The notes beneath the pieces were generated by a model, which made no database searches, was not told the DNA's origin, and was given only the letters and a program-made list of their open reading frames with translations. This document shows positions 9,805 through 16,986 of a DNA stretch of 25,910 bases, piece by piece. The stretch's first letter is position 1, and every line of letters begins with the position of its first letter. Where the stretch lies: positions 1 to 25,910 of IMG/VR virus record IMGVR_UViG_3300028633_000034; one strand, 5' to 3'. The stretch is from a virus (lineage: Duplodnaviria > Caudoviricetes). A program made the position numbers and the translations under genes.

Positions 9805-10374
9805 GCCATTGGCGGACCGCTTCATAAAAGTAACCCAATGTGTTTTTTGAGCCTTACCAGACGGATGCCCGAAAAGTGGCTTATGTTCAGTCAACGCCAA
9901 AACATCTTTTAATGGCACATCGCATTCATTCCATTTGAATATCAGTATGCCTTCATCTTTCAATACTCTAAAGCATTCAGCAAACCCACGTCTTAAATCA
10001 TCCTTCCAAGTTTGCTTGTCTAATCTGCCGTATGATTGTGCCATAAAAGAGTTTTCACCTAAGAAAAGATGTGGCGGGTCAAATACCACCAGCCTAAATG
10101 TTTCATCAGGCAAATCCATATTTCTAAAGTCCATTACTCTATCGGGCAAACATTTTCTTACCCTTGCATCTTTTCCACTACCAACCACTTTTGGTTCCAT
10201 AACCCTGACATCACAAAAAAGTACATCGGGATTACTTTTATCAAACCAAAATTGACGACCACCGCAGCAAGGGTCTAAAATCAACGGCATATAACACTGC
10301 ATTGGCAAAATAGCCGTTTCAGTGCTGTTATTGGGCTTTTGTTCTTCTATCATCATTTGTGCTATATTAAACAT
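9799..10374 (-). CDS. SAM-dependent (probably DNA adenine) methyltransferase (cassette E)
   Basis: ILDPCCGGRQFWFDK, VVFDPPH, CFRVLK, LIFKWNE. Start inside att site 5; stop at the crossover. Confidence 0.85.
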   Translation of the reverse strand: MFNIAQMMIEEQKPNNSTETAILPMQCYMPLILDPCCGGRQFWFDKSNPDVLFCDVRVMEPKVVGSGKDARVRKCLPDRVMDFRNMDLPDETFRLVVFDPPHLFLGENSFMAQSYGRLDKQTWKDDLRRGFAECFRVLKDEGILIFKWNECDVPLKDVLALTEHKPLFGHPSGKAQKTHWVTFMKRSANGI

Positions 10375-10419
10375 TTGTAATTCTATTTCGGCTACTTCGC
10401 CAATGCTTTGCCGTTATGC
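10289..10419 (+). repeat. attC-like site 5
   Basis: ATATAAC-ACT-GCATTGGCAAAATAGCCG...CGGCTACTTCGCCAATGC-TTTGCC-GTTATGC. Confidence 0.85.
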
Positions 10420-11799
10420 GTTATTATAAAGAGCGTTTCGCATCTTTGTACGCATTGTTTTTAATTTATCATATTCGATGAATGAATTAACATATTGAGT
10501 TGGTAATTCTTCATTTATTGAGTATTCTCTAATAATATCATTAAATCCATTTATTTTGCTTAAATACTCAATTTTATCAGATGTTCTTAAGTTCCTGTAT
10601 TTTTTATCATAGGCTAAAATATTAAATATTTCTATATTATTAAATGTTGTGCGCATTGGTATTGTATGTTCTAAAAGTGAGCTTGCATCTTCGCTAAAAA
10701 AATCATTTAAAAGTTTTAAATAAGGTGTCTCGTATAACCTCTGAACACCTTTTTTGCCTAAACACGCTTTATTTTTATTGTAATCTTTAGTTGTATTAAT
10801 AGGAGCGTATGCTGCTGGCGTGCAAATGCTTGGGTTTAAAGGAGTACTGTGTATTATTATTGATATATTTTTCTTTAATTCTCCTATTTTTGAAATTACT
10901 TCTTTGAATTGCTCAAAATCTGCATCTGTTTCCGTTTCAATTCCAGTTATATTGTATAATTTAAGCCTTAACGCTTTGCAAGTTGTATTACTTGTAATAT
11001 ATCTAACAAATTCTATGATTTGTTCGTTTGGAATTCTCTTATTCATTGCAAATCTTAATCTTTCAGAAAAACCATCTATAGAGCTTGTGATCTCAGGAAT
11101 TGAAAAATTTTTATATAACTCTTTTTTACACTGTTCTATTTCTATACTCGAAGTGTATCCCTGATTAAAAGAGTATAAGTTTTCATTTGTTTTAATATAT
11201 TTTCGTGAAAATGAATAATGGCAAAAATAACATTTATTTGGGCATCCATATATTTGTTCTTTTGTTGTACCTCCTCCAAACGTGTAAATATTTGGATATA
11301 ATTCAATACTTTGGTTAATTTTTACATTTTTATGTTTCCCTATTTTAATTAAACTTCCATGCTCAACATCTAAATTATTATCTATTAACCAAACGATCTC
11401 GTTTTCAACTCTTCCAAACCAAGCATAATCTATATATTCACAAATAGGAATATAGTTTTGCATGCCAAAACCTCCGGCCAACACTTTGAATTTTCTATTT
11501 TTCCATTCATTTGAATTATGCAAATATCTTGATAATGCAATCATATCTAAATTAGAAGTTAAGCTAATCAATATAATATCATATTTACTTGCATTTTCTT
11601 TGTCAGTTATTCTAACATCATATCCAGCATTAAATAAAACATCTATAATCATTGAAGCTCCAAAATTCTTAAGGCTTTTAAAATTTAAATCATGTCTATC
11701 GCCTTTTATTGGCGGAAACCATAAAAAAGCAATTTTGGTTTTTTTTGATATAGCTGGAGTAAATAAATTTCGTTCCATAAAAAATAAATAACAACGCAT
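10414..11799 (-). CDS. radical SAM protein with putative N-terminal cobalamin-binding-like domain (cassette F)
   Basis: CxxxCxxC motif GCPNKCYFC, DGFSERLR, ETETDADF. N-terminal DIILIS...VLAGG...DYAWFGRVE. The start may be 11778. Confidence 0.8.
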   Translation of the reverse strand: MRCYLFFMERNLFTPAISKKTKIAFLWFPPIKGDRHDLNFKSLKNFGASMIIDVLFNAGYDVRITDKENASKYDIILISLTSNLDMIALSRYLHNSNEWKNRKFKVLAGGFGMQNYIPICEYIDYAWFGRVENEIVWLIDNNLDVEHGSLIKIGKHKNVKINQSIELYPNIYTFGGGTTKEQIYGCPNKCYFCHYSFSRKYIKTNENLYSFNQGYTSSIEIEQCKKELYKNFSIPEITSSIDGFSERLRFAMNKRIPNEQIIEFVRYITSNTTCKALRLKLYNITGIETETDADFEQFKEVISKIGELKKNISIIIHSTPLNPSICTPAAYAPINTTKDYNKNKACLGKKGVQRLYETPYLKLLNDFFSEDASSLLEHTIPMRTTFNNIEIFNILAYDKKYRNLRTSDKIEYLSKINGFNDIIREYSINEELPTQYVNSFIEYDKLKTMRTKMRNALYNNA

Positions 11800-11925
11800 A
11801 ACCCGTGGTATAGTTAATTGCCGTATTATTACTAAATTTAAGCGTTACCACCCGCTTGTAATTCTGTGTAATTTGATATGAAATTAGCCCGCAATCGGCA
11901 ACTAACCATACCACCATCGTTACCT
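11796..11925 (+). repeat. attC-like site 6
   Basis: GCATAAC-CC-GTGGTATAGTTAATTGCCG...CGGCAACTAACCATACCAC-CATC-GTTACCT. Confidence 0.85.
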
Positions 11926-12462
11926 GCAATACCTCTCCACACTTGCGATAGTATCGTGTATAGCCCCGCCATGAGAAAATAGTGCTATTCGCTCAACTTC
12001 AAAGCCTCTGTTCTTTCCCATTGTATTGCTATGGTAGCCAAAGGTTATTACTATTCCATTTGGTTTTAGTATTCTTGGTAGTTCGTCTTTGAGTTGGCGA
12101 AACGGAGAAGCCTTAATCCCTTTATACATTTCCATACTTTTTCGATAGGCGTAAGGCGGGTCTAATAACACTGTATCAAACCTTTCACCATCCCATTCTT
12201 TTACAAATTGTAGCGCATCTTTTTGGTAGTCTGCCAACGCTTCATCATCCAAATCATTGCGTATTTCGTCAATGTTTAGCTTTGTCCTACCTGCAAATAG
12301 GTTCAATGTTTTGCCCTCACACGTCTTTTCAGTCCATTCTCTGATAGGTTTGATACTAAACGTCCACCTACTTAAAGGGCATTTAATGTAATCGAACAAC
12401 GGCACAGCAGGTAACACAGTATATAGTGCATTGCTGTCCGTACTTTTATCAACTTTTGTCAT
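11920..12462 (-). CDS. putative DNA adenine methyltransferase (cassette G)
   Basis: TLNLFAG (SAM-binding) and VLLDPPY (catalytic). ATG inside att site 7; stop at the crossover. Confidence 0.8.
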   Translation of the reverse strand: MTKVDKSTDSNALYTVLPAVPLFDYIKCPLSRWTFSIKPIREWTEKTCEGKTLNLFAGRTKLNIDEIRNDLDDEALADYQKDALQFVKEWDGERFDTVLLDPPYAYRKSMEMYKGIKASPFRQLKDELPRILKPNGIVITFGYHSNTMGKNRGFEVERIALFSHGGAIHDTIASVERYCR

Positions 12463-12530
12463 AATATTTATCTTTCGTTTTTCAATTCAATTTTGGTGCA
12501 AGCAACGCACCATACACTCGTCCGTTATAC
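12409..12530 (+). repeat. attC-like site 7
   Basis: AGGTAAC-ACA-GTATATAGTGCATTGCT...AGCAACGCACCATACAC-TCGTCC-GTTATAC. Confidence 0.85.
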
Positions 12531-12536
12531 GCAACC

Positions 12537-12749
12537 CTAATCCCAGAACCAAACATCAATTGCATAACCACATCTGTCGCATATATTAAAGCAAACTTGT
12601 CTCCAGTCGCCACCATCAACAGGCTGTATGTTTTGTTTAAACCCTTGCGAATATTCATTTTCGCCACCACACTTCGGGCAGCGTATAACATCGGCTAAAA
12701 CTTCATTGCCTGCATTAGTGGTATTTTGAACGTCATTGCTATTTTCCAT
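12537..12749 (-). CDS. small CxxC...CxxC zinc-ribbon protein (cassette H)
   Basis: CPKC and CDRC motifs. ATG inside att site 8. Confidence 0.65.
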   Translation of the reverse strand: MENSNDVQNTTNAGNEVLADVIRCPKCGGENEYSQGFKQNIQPVDGGDWRQVCFNICDRCGYAIDVWFWD

Positions 12750-12816
12750 GTTCTTTGTATTTTTGATAGTTTACTGCATTTTATACGGCAACGCACCATA
12801 TACTCGTCCGTTACCG
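12683..12816 (+). repeat. attC-like site 8 (hybrid arms)
   Basis: GTATAAC-ATC-GGCTAAAACTTCATTGCC...GGCAACGCACCATATAC-TCGTCC-GTTACCG. The right arm is almost identical to that of site 7. Confidence 0.7.
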
Positions 12817-12972
12817 GCAAGTGTCCCCGCGCACAATCAGCAACAAGCAGGGCTGAATGTCTGAACTTTTACAAGGGTTCGGTGTATTATCTTCAACTGC
12901 AAGCCACCTGATTTTACCAGCGTATCTTATTTCTGCTCCATTATCTTCAAGGAATGAAATAACCCGAACCTG
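12811..12972 (-). pseudogene. 3' fragment of a ninth cassette gene, possibly a methyltransferase C-terminus
   Basis: Hand translation QVRVISFLEDNGAEIRYAGKIRWLAVEDNTPNPCKSSDIQPCLLLIVRGDTCR*, with TAA at the crossover. Cut at the IS605 right end. Confidence 0.55.
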
Positions 12973-13114
12973 GTGAACTACCCACGAACTAAAGATTCGT
13001 GGGCTTCCGACTTCACAGAGGAATGCCCTTTCAAAAGATTAGGTCTTCTATCCTCTCCATCGGTGTAATCGACAGTCCCTGCCGATATATTATTTAATCC
13101 TAATTTTAGGATAT
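12973..13114 (-). mobile_element. IS200/IS605 3' remnant (tnpB C-terminal tail, omegaRNA region, right end)
   Basis: Encodes ILKLGLNNISAGTVDYTDGE...KSEAHESLVRG*. Hairpin CCCACGAATCTTTAGTTCGTGGG and terminal TAGTTCAC match the architecture of the intact element's right end. Confidence 0.8.
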
Positions 13115-13157
13115 AAAACCAACCAAACCCCAGACCATAAATTTCATTTTTACTCCG

Positions 13158-13188
13158 TAAAGATAGCTAATTTAATTGTAAATCCAAA
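13158..13188 (-). promoter_or_regulatory. Bacteroidota-type promoter candidate
   Basis: TTTG-N19-TATCTTTA upstream of the ATG at 13147. Confidence 0.5.
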
Positions 13189-13196
13189 TTTTGAGC

Positions 13197-13220
13197 AAAA
13201 AAAAGGGGCTTAATCGCCCC
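13197..13220 (-). terminator. intrinsic terminator
   Basis: GGGGC-GATTAA-GCCCC followed by T8 on the minus strand. Confidence 0.8.
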
Positions 13221-13242
13221 CATGAAAAATTTTTCTCTCATG

Positions 13243-13482
13243 CTATACATCTTTATCGGCATAAATTCCTAATGCCATCGAGTAGTTACCATAAGGCCTA
13301 AATCCCTCTACGCCCATAAAGGTATAAATACGCCTCGTTTTCAATTCGGGCTGCCCGACCTCCTTTACCGTTACCGTTTTGGCGGTGCGCTTCATTACCG
13401 TGTAATCTACCGTTAAATCGCTATCGCCAATAAACCTGCCTCGGTACGTTTTGCCTACTTCAAATTTTGCTATTACTGCCAT
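13243..13482 (-). CDS. small phage hypothetical protein
   Basis: MAVIAKFEVGKTY...KRTAKTVTV. The true ATG is at 13482; the track's extension runs into the IS end. Confidence 0.7.
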   Translation of the reverse strand: MAVIAKFEVGKTYRGRFIGDSDLTVDYTVMKRTAKTVTVKEVGQPELKTRRIYTFMGVEGFRPYGNYSMALGIYADKDV

Positions 13483-13505
13483 GATTGAAATGTTTTTATT
13501 GGTTG

Positions 13506-14818
13506 GTGAACTACCCACCCACGCCAAAGGCGATGGGTTGGGCTTCAAGGGTCAACGCTCCTACCAACGTAGGCAACTCACCTTGATTTTTCCTATCCGT
13601 TCCAGATAAGATATTTTTTAATGCAAATGATTTGATATTTATGGCAGCGTTTACATCCCTCAGAACTACCTCACTACATTTAGGACAAGTCCATTCCCTA
13701 TCAGATAGGGTTAGTTCTTTGTTAATATATCCGCAATTTGCGTGGAGTTTTGATGATGGCTCAAACCTGCCAATTTTCAGAATGTTTTTGCCATACCAAT
13801 CAGCTTTGTATTCTAACATAGTTACAAAAGTTGACCAACCTGCATCGCTTATTGATTGTGCAAGTTTATGGTTTGCCAACATTCCTTTAACGTTCAAATC
13901 TTCAATAGCCAAACTATCGTGGTTCTTGATTAGTTCGCTTGAAGTTTTATGTAGAAAGTCTTTTCTTTGGTTAGCTACTTTTTCATGGAGTATAGCTAAT
14001 TTTTGTTTAGTTCTTTTCCCTTTGTATTTTGAATATTTGCGTTGCACATACTTTAATTTGCTTTGTGCCTTGCGAAGGAATTTAGGGTTATCAAATTCTT
14101 TCCCATCAGAAGCAACTATAAAGTTTTTTATACCCAAGTCAATTCCAATCGTTGTGTTTTCTTTAATTTTTGCTTTTGGTTTTATTGCATCACCTGTTTC
14201 ACAAAGTATAGAAACAAAATATTTACCTGTTGGTGTTTTTGATATTGTTGCTGATTTGATTACACCTTTAATAGGTCGATGCAAGATAATATTAATTCCA
14301 TTTTTGAACTTAGGAATAACTAATTTACCATTTTTCAAAAGAACATTTTGTGGGATATTAAAACTACCTCCGTCTGATTTCTTTTTAAACTTTGGGAAAC
14401 TGTTTTGTCCTTTAAAAAAGGCGGTGTATGCTTTATCTAAATTAGTTATTGACTGTTGCAAAGATTGGCTGTTAATTTCTTTTAGCCATTCACATTCAGT
14501 TTTAAGGTCTTTTAATTGACTATGCAAAGCAAAACAACTTAAATTAACTTTATTACCAGCCCAAGCCATTTGCTTAACTTCTAAGGCTAAATTATACACA
14601 AAACGACTTGCTCCGATATGCTTATTAAGCAAAATGGATTGCTCCTTTGTTGGGTTAATTTTGTATTTAAAAGCCTTTAGCATTAATTATAAATATATGC
14701 AAATATACAAAAATTTAAAGAAACGAAAAAATTTATTTAAATACTTATTGTCTTTGTATTTGGTCGCTTACATCCCACCCACAGCAAAGCTGATGAGTGG
14801 GCTTTCGCCCCCCCCTAT
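13506..14818 (-). mobile_element. IS200/IS605-family element, tnpB only (IS1341-like)
   Basis: Left-end hairpin (CCCACTCA..TGGGTGGG) preceded by TTAC at 14819-14822. Right-end hairpin and TTCAC ending at 13506. No tnpA. The left boundary is inferred. Confidence 0.8.
13511..14683 (-). CDS. tnpB: RNA-guided endonuclease TnpB
   Basis: N-terminal KAFKYKINP HTH, RuvC-I GIDLG, RuvC-II IEDL, Zn finger HANC..CPKC, RuvC-III RDVNAAINI. Confidence 0.95.
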   Translation of the reverse strand: MLKAFKYKINPTKEQSILLNKHIGASRFVYNLALEVKQMAWAGNKVNLSCFALHSQLKDLKTECEWLKEINSQSLQQSITNLDKAYTAFFKGQNSFPKFKKKSDGGSFNIPQNVLLKNGKLVIPKFKNGINIILHRPIKGVIKSATISKTPTGKYFVSILCETGDAIKPKAKIKENTTIGIDLGIKNFIVASDGKEFDNPKFLRKAQSKLKYVQRKYSKYKGKRTKQKLAILHEKVANQRKDFLHKTSSELIKNHDSLAIEDLNVKGMLANHKLAQSISDAGWSTFVTMLEYKADWYGKNILKIGRFEPSSKLHANCGYINKELTLSDREWTCPKCSEVVLRDVNAAINIKSFALKNILSGTDRKNQGELPTLVGALTLEAQPIAFGVGG

Positions 14819-14820
14819 GT

Positions 14821-14840
14821 AAAAAAGGGGCTTGCGCCCC
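14821..14840 (-). terminator. intrinsic terminator
   Basis: GGGGC-GCAA-GCCCC followed by T6, with a GNRA loop. Confidence 0.8.
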
Positions 14841-14856
14841 GATTTTTGTTTTCTTT

Positions 14857-15363
14857 TTAGAACAGTGCTATCTCTTTTTCTGTGTAGTAGCCTTCGTAGC
14901 CCTTTGCCGTTAGCTCGGCTATCAAAAGGGTTTGGTATTCGTAGTCTGATAGCCCCTGGAAGCTCTGAGCCTTCAGGTGGGATATGCGACCCTCTTTGTA
15001 CTCGTCAAGGTTGGCTATCTCTTTTGCCCACATCTCTTTATCTCTCTTTGTGGTTGCCCTATTCAAAAGGTCTTCATAACCACGCCTTGCAACGCCCACC
15101 TTATCGTCTAACCACTTTGTAAAGGTGTTAAGGCTATCATAACCCCTCTCCATATCAAAAAGGTTTGCGTTCACCTCGATAGTTTCAAGCTCACAATCGT
15201 ATATCTCATAGCCCCTTTCGTCATAAATAGTCTTGTATTTCTCGGCATACTCTAAGCTGCGAGCGTAGAACCTTACGGCGTTAATGTTCTTTTCTCTGCC
15301 CGTACGGTTGAAATCTCTATCTTCTCTCTGCTTGGCGTCGTATCTGTATGCTGTAGCTTTCAT
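14857..15363 (-). CDS. hypothetical protein
   Basis: 168 aa, flanked by its own promoter candidate and terminator. Confidence 0.7.
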   Translation of the reverse strand: MKATAYRYDAKQREDRDFNRTGREKNINAVRFYARSLEYAEKYKTIYDERGYEIYDCELETIEVNANLFDMERGYDSLNTFTKWLDDKVGVARRGYEDLLNRATTKRDKEMWAKEIANLDEYKEGRISHLKAQSFQGLSDYEYQTLLIAELTAKGYEGYYTEKEIALF

Positions 15364-15400
15364 GGGTCTTTGTGTTTTGGTTGTTTACTTATTTATACGG

Positions 15401-15485
15401 TAAAGATAAGCATTTTGTTACATATTTTGCAAATATTTTTGCATTTATTTTGCATTTTATTGTTAATTTATATTAATTCTAAATA
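15401..15485 (-). promoter_or_regulatory. Bacteroidota-type promoter with upstream 22-bp box (copy 1)
   Basis: TTTGCAAAATATG...TATCTTTACCGTATAA, plus the box TAATTTATATTAATTCTAAATA (+ strand, 15464-15485). Confidence 0.6.
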
Positions 15486-15488
15486 GTG

Positions 15489-15677
15489 TTATTCGCTATT
15501 GCACTCATCAATGAAGTTGATTAGTTCGTTTATATCCTTTTCAGTTCCTTTCAACTTTACCGCAACGGTTCTCTCGGAGTGCATTTTCAGGTTAACTATC
15601 TCCACGCTGAACCTCGGAGCATGAATGAGTATTAAGCTTGTTTCTAACCTTGATAGGTTGAATGTTTTTGTTTTCAT
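15489..15677 (-). CDS. small hypothetical protein
   Basis: 62 aa with an MKT start typical of this block. Overlaps the 3' end of the upstream ORF. Confidence 0.5.
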   Translation of the reverse strand: MKTKTFNLSRLETSLILIHAPRFSVEIVNLKMHSERTVAVKLKGTEKDINELINFIDECNSE

Positions 15678-16125
15678 TATTCGGTATGTTTAGTTTATCC
15701 ATCGTTGAGAATACGTGCTTTATCGTTTCCAGCTCGTTGGCATCCCGCAACGCATAGCAATCGTTGCAAAGTTCTAAAATTTTGTGCTGAACGGGATTGC
15801 CGCAATCCTTGCAGAATACTCCAGTTTTGATTAGCCCTAACCTTGTTCGGCACTGGAGAACCTTGCGATTGTACTCCGTATCCGTTTTGCAAAGGTAGTG
15901 GAACGTTTTCACTGAGTAGGATACGGTGGAGTGGTCCCGCTTACCTACTCTCTCGGCTAAATCTACAAAGGTAATTACCCTGTTTCGATTGCTGTAAACC
16001 TCTAAGGCTAACGCAAAGGCCGTTCGCCGTGCATCGCTGAATAGGCGGTTGCGGTTTCGGCCTTTGATGTTCTCAACGCTAACGTGGAACACATCGGCGC
16101 ACACTTGGATTACCTGCTCAACCAT
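15592..16125 (-). CDS. DnaA C-terminal domain-like DNA-binding protein with CxxC motifs
   Basis: ENIKGRNRNRLFSDARR and GKRDHSTVSY (DnaA domain IV signature RDHxTV), plus CKDC..CNDC. ATG at 16125. Confidence 0.75.
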   Translation of the reverse strand: MVEQVIQVCADVFHVSVENIKGRNRNRLFSDARRTAFALALEVYSNRNRVITFVDLAERVGKRDHSTVSYSVKTFHYLCKTDTEYNRKVLQCRTRLGLIKTGVFCKDCGNPVQHKILELCNDCYALRDANELETIKHVFSTMDKLNIPNNENKNIQPIKVRNKLNTHSCSEVQRGDS

Positions 16126-16249
16126 GATTGTCCTTTTTGTCGTTAAACTCCCTTTCAAACCTACGCTGGTCTATCTCTACGAATATGTAGAATACAATTC
16201 CTGCTATCAGGATTACAATACTTTCGATTAAAATGAGTGATTCAACCAT
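16118..16249 (-). CDS. small single-TM membrane protein
   Basis: Hand translation MVESLILIESIVILIAGIVFYIFVEIDQRRFEREFNDKKDNHG*. Overlaps the next start. Confidence 0.5.
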   Translation of the reverse strand: MVESLILIESIVILIAGIVFYIFVEIDQRRFEREFNDKKDNHG

Positions 16250-16359
16250 GATTTCTAATTTTCAGGGTAAAAAATATATAAACTATTTCCCAAATAAAAA
16301 ACTTTTTTGCGATTATTTCACCATTTGATGCTATTTATATAGGTTATTTTGCAAGCATA

Positions 16360-16986
16360 TTACCACCACTTTCTAAAGTTCAATTCCCTGTGTAAGTTAG
16401 TAACTTTCTCTTTGAAATGCAAGGCTTTCGCCCTGTAATATTCCAAAGTATCATCGCCCTTTTGCCGTTTCAAATCCAGCAGCCGTTGCCACCGCCCGGC
16501 TCCCAACTCCCGTTCCAGCTTCTCCATGAAGAGTGTCGTTTCCCTGTTGCCCTCGTACCGATTACCGCTCCGATTCTGCGGACGGCAGTTATCAGGATCA
16601 AACCTCAATAGTAAGTTAGAACGGCTAAAGCAATGGCCGTTATCCATATCGGCAGCACGTTTCAGTAGGTGCGGTCGAACGAAACAACGGCAGTAAATCT
16701 CACCACCCACGATGCTATCTCGGTGGATAATCCTGATGTAACGGCTGAACCAATCATCTGCTTGTTTGCGCCAATACTTTTTATCCTGCTTTACTTTTTT
16801 TTTCATTGCCCGAAACTCGTTGCGCTGCTGCTGCTCCAATTTCTTTCTGCCTTGCCGATGAACTTTATCCTTGAACTCGTTGTAATACTGTAATCGGCAA
16901 TCTGCGCTTTGGCAAACTTGGGGATTCAGCCTTAGCATTTCGATCAGCTCATATTTCTGCTTGCAGTATCGGCAACGGTACTTCAT
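16360..16986 (-). CDS. ninG: NinG/Rap-like recombination endonuclease
   Basis: CRYC..C..C N-terminus, ADDWFSRYIR, DNGHCFSR..LRFDPDNCRPQ. Confidence 0.8.
   Translation of the reverse strand: MKYRCRYCKQKYELIEMLRLNPQVCQSADCRLQYYNEFKDKVHRQGRKKLEQQQRNEFRAMKKKVKQDKKYWRKQADDWFSRYIRIIHRDSIVGGEIYCRCFVRPHLLKRAADMDNGHCFSRSNLLLRFDPDNCRPQNRSGNRYEGNRETTLFMEKLERELGAGRWQRLLDLKRQKGDDTLEYYRAKALHFKEKVTNLHRELNFRKWW

Larger units (their letters stand above)
7681..12972 (+). mobile_element. integron-like gene cassette array without integrase (CALIN-like): 8 complete cassettes + 1 truncated
   Basis: Eight AAC...GTT-bounded imperfect hairpins separate single genes. Crossover Gs lie at 7680, 8237, 8573, 9480, 9798, 10413, 11919, 12524 and 12810. 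Each cassette's GTT start is the near reverse complement of its own AAC end. Confidence 0.85.

Noticed and set aside
11696-11929. 77-aa minus-strand ORF (and similarly 12482..12691 and 12726..12911)
   Set aside because: These read through att hairpins across cassette boundaries and overlap better-supported genes.
8148-12816. Hairpins as a CRISPR array or as intrinsic terminators
   Set aside because: They are divergent in sequence, about 100-135 bp long, separated by whole genes, lack U-tracts and contain start codons.
13632-14519. 295-aa plus-strand ORF
   Set aside because: Antisense shadow of tnpB with no recognisable motifs.
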